From the NCBI GenBank assembly GCA_038851075.1, contig JAWCLG010000003.1, forward strand, positions 40,973 to 104,972: a stretch of DNA of 64,000 nucleotides, in the 5' to 3' direction. The stretch is from Candidatus Hadarchaeales archaeon. GTDB taxonomy: Archaea; Hadarchaeota; Hadarchaeia; Hadarchaeales; Hadarchaeaceae. A program made the translations under genes and the position numbers. Positions 43,666 to 52,276 of this stretch are shown here, one piece after another. Each line of letters starts with the position of its first letter. The stretch's first letter is position 1. Below the pieces are notes generated by a model, which saw only the letters and a list, made by a program, of their open reading frames with translations, was not told the DNA's origin and searched no databases.

Positions 43666-43720
43666 CCCTAATTTTGAGCTAATTTTGACAATTTTGGTTA
43701 ATTTTGAAATAGTTTTGACG
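43666..43720 (-). promoter_or_regulatory. Candidate operator GTCAAAATTAGCTCAAAATTAGGG plus further CAAAA(T/C)T units
   Basis: 43666-43689 (reverse complement) matches 49094-49117 at 23/24 positions; upstream of the gene starting at 43600. Confidence 0.65.
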
Positions 43721-43782
43721 ATTTCGAGTTTATCTAAAAACTTACCCAGCGCTCTTTGAAATAAATTTCCAGACACAAAAAA

Positions 43783-46248
43783 TTAACCCATCAAGACTCT
43801 CACAGAGTGTACCTTCCCATCTCGATGAGGCATTATAATATTGCCCTCCAGCTCCTCCCCATCAACGTGAATTTCCTTCACTCCACGCTGTACTCCACTT
43901 GGGTTTTCAATGGATATGTTATACGACGCCCCCCTGAAAGGCCTCGTTATCGAACATTTTTTCCATTTTGATGGTATACATGGGTCAATTCTAAGACCCT
44001 GATAATCTGGTTTTACACCTAGCATGTGCTCACACATGACTTGAAAACTCCATCCTGCAGTTCCAGTTACCCATGTATATGCGCCTCGGCCCGAATCGTA
44101 AGGGTGCTCTGGCCCGATAAGATACTCTGCGAAAACATAAGGTTCCGCCTTGTATCGTCTTTGCTCCTGTTTGCAGGGCATTATCTTGCAGAGACGCCTA
44201 TATGCAACATCTCCTCTGCCAAGCATGCAATCTGCAGCTATCATAAACGCGTTTGCGTGACAAAATATCGCAGCGTTTTCCTTTGTTCCTCTGGCAAACG
44301 CTGTTATCCTCCCTATTCTAGGGTCTGTAGAAGTGTACGCAGGATAGAAAAGCACCAGACCGTTATCCTTCTCTAGATATTTATCAACCGAAGCAGTCAA
44401 TTTTTTGATTCTCTCTGGCGGGACCACTCCGGAAAGTATCGCCCAGGACTGTGGATTCAGATATATTTTTCCTTCTTTATTTGCGGATGAACCAAAAGGC
44501 TCTCCATCATCGGTGAAACCCCTCAAATACCACTCTCCGTCCCAGCCCACTTTGTTTATCCTTCGCGTCATTTCGTCAGCCTTTTTTATTAGATCGGTGG
44601 AGATTTCCTTTTCATTGATTAGAACCGCGAGATCTGCCGCTATCTTAAGAGATCTTACAAGCGCCATTGCAAGCCAGACGCTTTCCCCAACACCCCTCCT
44701 GCCAACCATATCCAGAGCATCGTTCCAGTCCGCCTCCCCGATTCTTGGCAAACCATGATCACTAACATCGTTGAACGTGTAGTTCAGCTGGGCTAGCATA
44801 TGCTCGAATATAGTTCCTTCTCCGTCCTCAGTGGCTCCTTTGTGCCAGTTAGGATCCCTTATCGTTCCACCCATCCTCCATGCGTCCCTTAGCCAAGGTG
44901 CTTTTTGCATGAGAAAATTAACGTCTCCTGTCTCCTTCACGTAGGACGCCACGGAAGGGGTGAACCATATCGGATGATCCTTGTACGGCTTCTGCGGGAA
45001 CGGTCCATAAGTATCAGACCACCCCGGAGCGCATGTGCCATCTCTCCTTATTATTGAAGCTATTTTCAATAATTTTTCTCTGGCATGAAGTACATCTACT
45101 GCGAGCAGGGCTTGGGCATCCTGACAGGAATCGCGGTATCCTCTACCTCCCTGCCCCTCGTGGTAGTATGATGGAGATCTGCTCCAGTAATTGCATACGT
45201 AAAGTTGGTATTTCGTCCATATGTTAGCCATGATGTCAAAATCAGAGTCTGGAGTGCTGACAGCTATTTTACCTAGACGCTCTCTCCAAGTTTTTTTGAC
45301 CTCATCCAGCTCACTTTCCACATTTTTTAAGTCATAGTATTTTTTAAGTGTCATAACCGCTTTTTCCTCGCCTTCGGTTTCACCCACAACAAAAACTATA
45401 ATCCTCTCTTCTCCGGGAGCAAGCGCAATGTTATGCTGCAAGACACCGATAGCTTCATTGCCCTCGCAAAGGCTCTGGTTGCATTTTCCTCTGAAAATCG
45501 ACTCGGGCTTTTCCTCGTTATTATAAAGTCCCAAGAACTTATGTTTATGACAGTCCCAACCATCGACCTTAGATGGTGTTCCAATGAAAGCGATCAGCGG
45601 ATTCGATGAAACTGGCAGTTGCTCGTAGACCGCCTGCCCGAAAACCAGCGTCTTTTTGGCAAAAATAGCGTTCGCATTTTTTTCAAACCATGCTCTATTA
45701 TACAGTATTGCTATGTTGTGGAAGTTCATCTCAACGTTGTCCCCAAGCATCCACTCAAGATAGCTGAACACGCTTAAATTCCGTTTTTTCTTTGATTTGT
45801 TTTTTATTCTTACCCTCCATATTTCACATGTATCTACTCTGGGGACGAAGTAGGTTACCTCACCATATATGCCCCCTGAGGATGAGGAGATAACCTGATA
45901 CCCTAAACCGACCCTAGCTTCAAATTTATCTAAAGCCCTCCTCAAAGGTTGCCAAGTTATGCTAAAAACTTCTCCGCTGTCTCTATCTCGAATAAAAACA
46001 TAACGCCCCGGTCTGTCCGTCCATAGATCCCTGCCCACCCAATAAAGTATTCGATCTGTTTTTGGGTCTTTATAAAAGCTGTACCCGCCACCTGTGTGCG
46101 ATATAACCGCGCAATACTTCTCGTTCGTCAAAAAATTTACCCATGGGGCAGGGAGATCCGGTCTGTTTATAATATATTCATAATTATCTTTGCTAAATCT
46201 CCCATATTTCATTTTCAGCCACTCTCCTTTTTTTGATCTATTTCTCAC
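43783..46248 (-). CDS. GH94 glycoside phosphorylase (cellobiose/chitobiose/cellodextrin phosphorylase-like)
   Basis: PAPWVNFL, GRGYRDSCQD, ADWNDAL, GESVW, KENAAIFCH, WVTGTAGW. Confidence 0.93.
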   Translation of the reverse strand: MRNRSKKGEWLKMKYGRFSKDNYEYIINRPDLPAPWVNFLTNEKYCAVISHTGGGYSFYKDPKTDRILYWVGRDLWTDRPGRYVFIRDRDSGEVFSITWQPLRRALDKFEARVGLGYQVISSSSGGIYGEVTYFVPRVDTCEIWRVRIKNKSKKKRNLSVFSYLEWMLGDNVEMNFHNIAILYNRAWFEKNANAIFAKKTLVFGQAVYEQLPVSSNPLIAFIGTPSKVDGWDCHKHKFLGLYNNEEKPESIFRGKCNQSLCEGNEAIGVLQHNIALAPGEERIIVFVVGETEGEEKAVMTLKKYYDLKNVESELDEVKKTWRERLGKIAVSTPDSDFDIMANIWTKYQLYVCNYWSRSPSYYHEGQGGRGYRDSCQDAQALLAVDVLHAREKLLKIASIIRRDGTCAPGWSDTYGPFPQKPYKDHPIWFTPSVASYVKETGDVNFLMQKAPWLRDAWRMGGTIRDPNWHKGATEDGEGTIFEHMLAQLNYTFNDVSDHGLPRIGEADWNDALDMVGRRGVGESVWLAMALVRSLKIAADLAVLINEKEISTDLIKKADEMTRRINKVGWDGEWYLRGFTDDGEPFGSSANKEGKIYLNPQSWAILSGVVPPERIKKLTASVDKYLEKDNGLVLFYPAYTSTDPRIGRITAFARGTKENAAIFCHANAFMIAADCMLGRGDVAYRRLCKIMPCKQEQRRYKAEPYVFAEYLIGPEHPYDSGRGAYTWVTGTAGWSFQVMCEHMLGVKPDYQGLRIDPCIPSKWKKCSITRPFRGASYNISIENPSGVQRGVKEIHVDGEELEGNIIMPHRDGKVHSVRVLMG

Positions 46249-46515
46249 AGATTAAATCAGTACAGGATAAAAATATAACCCATAGTGCACAGTTTTAGAG
46301 TACTGGGGCAGTAAATTGCACAAACATGAGAAAAACCCGTTGATCATGTTTTTTCACTGCCTCGCAGGCGACCTGCAGGCTACGCTCGAACTTGCTCAGC
46401 CTGTTTATCCTGAGACAAATGGTCTACGGTGGTTCAACCCTTATCCTCACATAAGGTCAAAGTTATGCAACGTATCATTTTTATAGCAACATACTTAAAG
46501 ATATTATGAAAACAT

Positions 46516-47418
46516 ATGGATAACGTTCAAGAGTGGTTAGAACCAACAAAAAAAATACCTACTGCAATAGTAACTGTTATAATTTTGATTATTTGTGTTG
46601 CCTCTGCTTTTACAGTTATAATCATTTTCACACCAAAAGCTGCAGACAATGGTTCCACAGGTAGTGGTGGAGGTAATGGAACGGCAAGCCAAAATATGCC
46701 ACCTACGGCCATGTTTACTTACTCACCGAGTTCCCCAACTGTGGACGACGATGTATTCTTCATTAATATGTCCACTGACATCGATGGCACAATCATAAGC
46801 TACAGCTGGAACTTTGGGGATGGAAATACAAGCACGGATCAAAATCCCATTCACAAATATTCTACAGCTGGTACTTACTCTGTTAGACTCACCGTAACAG
46901 ACAACGGTGGGAAAACGGGGGATTATGAGAAATCAATAACTATTGGAGGAACCGGAGAAAACGTCTTCCAAGACTTCGAGTTAAACAACGGCACACCAGG
47001 AGCATATTTCTATAACGCTTGGAGAGCAAGCTCCGCATTTGAAACAAATATAGTGCAGGGAGGGATCAGATCTGTGAAGTTTGTGGTACCCCCACCAGAT
47101 AATCAGAATAATGGCGCCACTCTCGGGATAAATGTCGCCTCACCAACTGGGACAATCGACCTCACTAATGCAACGAATATTTCACTATGGGTTTATGATA
47201 CTCAAGGGAACAATACCATAGAACTCAAACTTAAAGACAAAAATGGAACCCTCGGTCCAGGCATTTGGTCAAGCTTGTCGTCTGTATGGAACACTTGGAC
47301 AAAGATAACTTGGAACATCAGCGAATATCAGGGTGTCGATATGAGCCAGATCGCAGCAATAGAACTTTATGAGTGGAATGGGGGCACATACTACTTTGAT
47401 ACTATTGCATACAAATGA
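46516..47418 (+). CDS. Membrane-anchored PKD plus CBM11-like protein
   Basis: TM; YSWNFGDG; FQDFE...IDLTNATNISLWVYD...YYFDTI. Confidence 0.78.
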   Translation: MDNVQEWLEPTKKIPTAIVTVIILIICVASAFTVIIIFTPKAADNGSTGSGGGNGTASQNMPPTAMFTYSPSSPTVDDDVFFINMSTDIDGTIISYSWNFGDGNTSTDQNPIHKYSTAGTYSVRLTVTDNGGKTGDYEKSITIGGTGENVFQDFELNNGTPGAYFYNAWRASSAFETNIVQGGIRSVKFVVPPPDNQNNGATLGINVASPTGTIDLTNATNISLWVYDTQGNNTIELKLKDKNGTLGPGIWSSLSSVWNTWTKITWNISEYQGVDMSQIAAIELYEWNGGTYYFDTIAYK

Positions 47419-47703
47419 TGCATCCCTACGATTCTAACGTCTTTACATTTCACCAGTATTTATTAAAAGCTACGCCAAACCCGATTATTCGCCGCAAACT
47501 TTGGTAGAAAAATAATCACGACACCTTCACACGAATCAGCTACATATTTACAAAAATAAAACTGGAAAATTCATGTATACAAGACACTTCAAAAAAACCT
47601 GTCGTCCCCTATTTGAAATAGCTCCACCAATCAGGATGTTTTTTTCATGGATTCGGTTTTATGAACCAGATTGTACTAAAAAGAGACCGGGAAGGCATCC
47701 GGC

Positions 47704-48945
47704 CTAATATTTTACCTGGCTTTTTACATGAGTAACGTTTCTAATATTTTTTATCTCTTGCAAGATTGAAGGTGACTTTTCAAGAGCCACGCCCTTCATT
47801 ATTTTTATATCATCCAACATGTGCCAATTGGTCTGACCGCCAGTGCTGGCTGAAAATCCGATTCCGTCATACGCTCGTTCTATTTTTCCGCTCCATTCCA
47901 GAACTTTATTCTCATCGATATGGACTGTCACAGCAGAGTCCTCAACTATAACTTTTACATAGTGCCATTTAGAATCGACAACCCTGGGCTCTTCCACGTA
48001 CTCAAGGTGATTTTTTGGATGGTTTTTGATAAGCGCAAGATGAGGATATGGAGGATCTCCGTAATCTACGTTTTGTACTCCATCAAACTCTATCCCATAT
48101 CCTGGAATTGGAGCAACTCCAGACACAAAACCCAAGTTTCCACCGTCACACGGCCAATAGTTTTTTTTCTTGTAAAACATGAAAACAAAACCATCGCCTC
48201 CACTACCGCCTCCGATCTTGTATTTGAAATCCGCAATGAATGGAGATTTTATTCCTTTTTTAAGCCACATTATCCCGGCCTGCCATTCCTGATTTTTTGT
48301 GAGAACAACACATTTTTTAGAAATGTCATAATATGCATCGCGCACCATAATCCACATCCTCTTATTAATATTGGTAGACTTTGCCTCAAGCAAAGATTGT
48401 ACGTCAACTGTACCGCTTGAGATGTTGTTGATTATGTTTGTGTAGTTTATACGCAGCACTGGGGTTTCTCTTAATTGGAACGTTTCAAGTGTACAGACTC
48501 TTTTCATAAAATACTCGGAAAAAGATTCATTTTCTTTTGAGGATAATATATCTGGATCCTCCTCAGCCTTTGGGATGTATTTCAGATATGTGAGAAGATC
48601 GTTTATTTCCATTTCCTTAAACTCGCCATTTAGATCCTTGACTTTTATTATTTCTCTGCCCAGCCTTTCTTTTATAGTTCGATATGCTGAAAGTCCCTCA
48701 TCAGTAAGGAAATAAACATTCTTAAATCTGCCAGTGCTTCTTGAGAATTTTCTGTCGTGCGCGACCAGTTTATTTTTTTCCAGTTCCTTTATGGTTGTTG
48801 ATATTCGCTCCAGAGACATATTAATATTTTCAGCGATACCTGCTTGTGTCAAAGAATGAGGAAACTCATCATTATAACTCCTGACGATATCCCTATTGTC
48901 ACCTAGATAGATGATTATCTTTTCATCTAACCGTATGGTTAACAT
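47704..48945 (-). CDS. Winged-HTH regulator fused to a legume (L-type) lectin-like domain
   Basis: LTQAGIAENINMSLERISTTIKELEKNKLV...YFLTDEG; C-terminal LTKNQEWQAG...GGDGFVF...GIEFD...GFSASTGG. Confidence 0.78.
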   Translation of the reverse strand: MLTIRLDEKIIIYLGDNRDIVRSYNDEFPHSLTQAGIAENINMSLERISTTIKELEKNKLVAHDRKFSRSTGRFKNVYFLTDEGLSAYRTIKERLGREIIKVKDLNGEFKEMEINDLLTYLKYIPKAEEDPDILSSKENESFSEYFMKRVCTLETFQLRETPVLRINYTNIINNISSGTVDVQSLLEAKSTNINKRMWIMVRDAYYDISKKCVVLTKNQEWQAGIMWLKKGIKSPFIADFKYKIGGGSGGDGFVFMFYKKKNYWPCDGGNLGFVSGVAPIPGYGIEFDGVQNVDYGDPPYPHLALIKNHPKNHLEYVEEPRVVDSKWHYVKVIVEDSAVTVHIDENKVLEWSGKIERAYDGIGFSASTGGQTNWHMLDDIKIMKGVALEKSPSILQEIKNIRNVTHVKSQVKY

Positions 48946-49091
48946 TACACCCCTATTTTAATATATATTTCTCTCTTTTATTTAAATATTTTTCGCTTTA
49001 AAGTTTTTTAATTATTTTTTTTTAATTTTGGGATTTTTAAAAACCTTAAATTTCTAATTATTTAAAAAAATAATTTTTTTAATATCACTAT

Positions 49092-49155
49092 TGGTCAAAA
49101 TTAGCCCAAAATTAGGGCGTATTTACCAAAAACTGGTCAAAATTAGCCCAAAATT
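49092..49155 (+). repeat. Perfect 22-bp direct repeat TGGTCAAAATTAGCCCAAAATT x2, period 42 bp; candidate operator
   Basis: Copies at 49092-49113 and 49134-49155 in the divergent intergenic region between the regulator and the GH26-ABC operon. Confidence 0.85.
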
Positions 49156-49242
49156 TACAAGGGTTAACATCCCTATTAAAAGCAAGTAGCAGTTGCTCGC
49201 GTCAGAATTCCCAAAGTTTAAATAAAAACAGGGACACCAGTA

Positions 49243-50823
49243 TTGAGGATTATCGTGGTAAACAAAAAAATCGTCTTGGCTACCGGGCTTTCGATAGCCG
49301 CGGTGATTATCGCTGTCTTCTTCATTCTTAACTTAGAAAAAAGGTGGTGGATCGAGGAAACCCGAGAAGATCAGGTTTACTTCGGTGCTTTCGTGCCCGG
49401 TGTTGAGGCATCAATTAAACTTCTTGATCAGCTTGAGAGCACTATCGGACAAAAGCTAACGATAATAAACACATTCCTGCCATCCAGCGCTGATTTTCCG
49501 GCCGAGTTCTGCGAACGCATAATCTACCACGGAGCAATACCCATGATAACTTGGATGCCCCAGCCCAGAGACCCGAGCACCGAACACGGCAGAGTGCTGG
49601 ACAGCATCGCCGGGGGCAACTGGGACAGTTATATAAGAAAATGGGCCGTGGATGCAAGAAACTTCGGTAAACCGGTGTACATTAGATGGGGGCATGAGTT
49701 CAACGGATACTGGTACCCCTGGAGCGTCCCAGCGAACGAAAACAGCCCCGATAAATTTGTGGCGGCATGGAAGCACGTTCACGACATATTTGCCAGAGAG
49801 GGTGCAACAAACGTCCAGTGGGTATGGTGCCCGTACCTGCGCAGCAACCCTGATGAGGCGTGGAACGATCCACTGCTCGCATATCCGGGTGACGAGTACG
49901 TGGACTGGATCGGAATCGATGAGTACAACTGGGGATCAAGCTTCATATGGAGCAACTGGCTTGAGTTCAGCGAGATCTTCTCGAACAAGGTGAGGATATT
50001 CAGCACGCACTTTCCGACAAAACCGATAATGATCGCCGAGGTCGGGTGTACCGAGGAAAATGAGCTACCGGGTCAGACGAAAGCCCAGTGGGTGAGAAAC
50101 ATGCTGGACTCTCTAAAGTGGATGACTCCAATACGTGCTGTTGTTTGGTTCAACTCATTTAAGGAAACAGACTGGCGCATGGAGTCGAGCGAAAGTTCTC
50201 TGGATGCTTTTAAAGAGATTTTTAGGGATGCGTACATAGCAGACGATGCGAGAGGTCTCTGGAAGATCCCTGATAACTTCAGATCTGACCCGAACATATG
50301 GCCCACTTCAACAGTAAGGGCGGAGATGCCGTTCTACGTTTACGGAGACAACGGTGGAAACTTTGCTGCCTCTGGGTGGATGGGGGACTACCAATCCATG
50401 ACCCTTTCAGAGTACTGTACGGAAACCCCAGCTGTAGGAGACACCTGCATGAAGGTAAAGTACGACATAACAACCAGCAGGAAGGTCTGGGCAGGAATCT
50501 ACTGGCAGAACCCGCCCAACAACTGGGGTAACGAAGATGGAGGATATGACCTCTCAGATGCAACAAAGTTAGTATTCTGGGCCAGGGGCGAAAACGGAGG
50601 GGAAATTGTGAACTTCAAAACAGGCGGTATAAGCGGCAGTTACCCGGACTCGGCTTTCGTCGTGCTCGGAACAATAACCCTGTCAAAAGAATGGCGAGAG
50701 TATGAGATTGACCTCAGGGGACACGATCTGTCATACATATCCGGTGGGTTTGTTTGGGTCGCCAAACAGGACCAGAACCCCAAGGGGTGCACGATATACC
50801 TAGACGAGATAAGATATGAATAA
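49243..50823 (+). CDS. GH26 glycoside hydrolase with C-terminal CBM-like domain
   Basis: IRWGHEFNGYWYPW, YPGDEYVDWIGID, KPIMIAEVG; C-terminal domain paralogous to that of 40156. Confidence 0.92.
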   Translation: MRIIVVNKKIVLATGLSIAAVIIAVFFILNLEKRWWIEETREDQVYFGAFVPGVEASIKLLDQLESTIGQKLTIINTFLPSSADFPAEFCERIIYHGAIPMITWMPQPRDPSTEHGRVLDSIAGGNWDSYIRKWAVDARNFGKPVYIRWGHEFNGYWYPWSVPANENSPDKFVAAWKHVHDIFAREGATNVQWVWCPYLRSNPDEAWNDPLLAYPGDEYVDWIGIDEYNWGSSFIWSNWLEFSEIFSNKVRIFSTHFPTKPIMIAEVGCTEENELPGQTKAQWVRNMLDSLKWMTPIRAVVWFNSFKETDWRMESSESSLDAFKEIFRDAYIADDARGLWKIPDNFRSDPNIWPTSTVRAEMPFYVYGDNGGNFAASGWMGDYQSMTLSEYCTETPAVGDTCMKVKYDITTSRKVWAGIYWQNPPNNWGNEDGGYDLSDATKLVFWARGENGGEIVNFKTGGISGSYPDSAFVVLGTITLSKEWREYEIDLRGHDLSYISGGFVWVAKQDQNPKGCTIYLDEIRYE

Positions 50824-52258
50824 CACCACAAGTATTAAAAGAAAACCCGATGAAGGAGAAGAGATGAAAATGATGATGATTTCCTTCAGGAAAGAGAACA
50901 GGGGAGTATCAAAAACACTCCCTGTGATAATTATTATTGCAATAGCGGTGTTCGGAATTCTTATTTATAGAAGCCTGGGCGGCGGTGCCGAAATGCGCTG
51001 GTGGACCGTTCACTCAGGCGCATGGGGGCACTCTGAATGGCACACGTATTCCCTTGAAGAATACGACAAGCTTTACGGACACCTTATTGAAAGAACCGAC
51101 TATGACAATCCAAACTTTAAATCTTCAATACTCAACGCAATGCTCGCTGGTGACCCGCCGGAGATATGGCATTCCTGGGGGGGGACCCAGCTGAAGAACT
51201 TTGTTGAGATGGGGTACGTTGAAGACCTGACCGACCTGATGAATGAGAGCTGGGCACTGGATATACTTCCCCTCGAAAGCCGCGATAAGCTGATATGGAA
51301 CTCCACCTGGAACGGAAAAAACTATGGATTTCCATACAGCGTTGGAGTTATCCAGATATACGTTAACAAAGACCTGTTCGATTCGTGCGGCATAGATTTG
51401 CCATCAGTTGAAAACGATGAAACATGGACATGGAGTCAGTTCATTGACGCGATACAGACACTTAAAAATCACGGGATAACTCCAATAACGATCGCGGGGA
51501 CTGAGACATGGCAGCTCTCATTCTGGTATATGTACCTTGTAGACCGAATTGGAGGACCGGAGTACTTCACCAAAACGCTGAACCGCTATCCGGGATACTC
51601 CTTTGAAGACAATGTGTTCTTGGAGGCTGCCAGAAAGTGCAGGGAGCTCGTGGAGATGGGTGCATTCCAGCAGACATTCATGGCGGACGGATACGACAAG
51701 GCCATAACGATGTTCTCCCAGGGACAGGCCGCAATGTACCTTCAGGGCTCCTGGGAGATAAAAACTATGAAAACTTACTATAATCAGAACCTGAACGTTG
51801 ACGTTATCAGGTTCCCCCTCATGGACAACAGCGCCAACGGCGACCCGCACTCAATTGTTGTGAACGTTCAGGACTACTTCTGCGTCTCATCAACTACGAA
51901 GAACAAGGAGGCAGCGTTCAACTTCATAAGGCTGCTTGGCAGAGAGGACGTGATTAGAAAATTTGTTGAAAAGGCCGGGGATATATGCGTGTTCGACTCC
52001 AGAGTCGGGGGAGGAGTAGACATTCCATCCTCGCTCTACGAGCCGGTGATCAACAAGCAAATCGAAGAGTTCAACAACTCCACCCATACACAGATGCCCT
52101 GGGATCAGTACTCTCCGCAGCAGTTCGCACAGAAGCACCTAGAGTGCATGAAGAGGCTCTTCGATGGCACGTGGACTCCAGAGAAGGTGGCCCAAGAGCA
52201 TGAAACAATAGCCCAATCCCTGAAAACGAGTGGTTACCTGCCGGTCTCATATGGATGA
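50816..52258 (+). CDS. ABC sugar transporter substrate-binding protein
   Basis: AGDPPEI..SWGG, YGFPY, YVNKDLF, WTWSQF, GQAAMYLQGSW. Confidence 0.9.
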   Translation: MNNTTSIKRKPDEGEEMKMMMISFRKENRGVSKTLPVIIIIAIAVFGILIYRSLGGGAEMRWWTVHSGAWGHSEWHTYSLEEYDKLYGHLIERTDYDNPNFKSSILNAMLAGDPPEIWHSWGGTQLKNFVEMGYVEDLTDLMNESWALDILPLESRDKLIWNSTWNGKNYGFPYSVGVIQIYVNKDLFDSCGIDLPSVENDETWTWSQFIDAIQTLKNHGITPITIAGTETWQLSFWYMYLVDRIGGPEYFTKTLNRYPGYSFEDNVFLEAARKCRELVEMGAFQQTFMADGYDKAITMFSQGQAAMYLQGSWEIKTMKTYYNQNLNVDVIRFPLMDNSANGDPHSIVVNVQDYFCVSSTTKNKEAAFNFIRLLGREDVIRKFVEKAGDICVFDSRVGGGVDIPSSLYEPVINKQIEEFNNSTHTQMPWDQYSPQQFAQKHLECMKRLFDGTWTPEKVAQEHETIAQSLKTSGYLPVSYG

Positions 52259-52276
52259 TGCCGGAAGTGGGGTAAT

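Noticed and set aside
49092-49155. Mini CRISPR array
   Set aside because: Only two copies with a 20-bp spacer, no cas genes, and the motif recurs at another promoter, which fits an operator better
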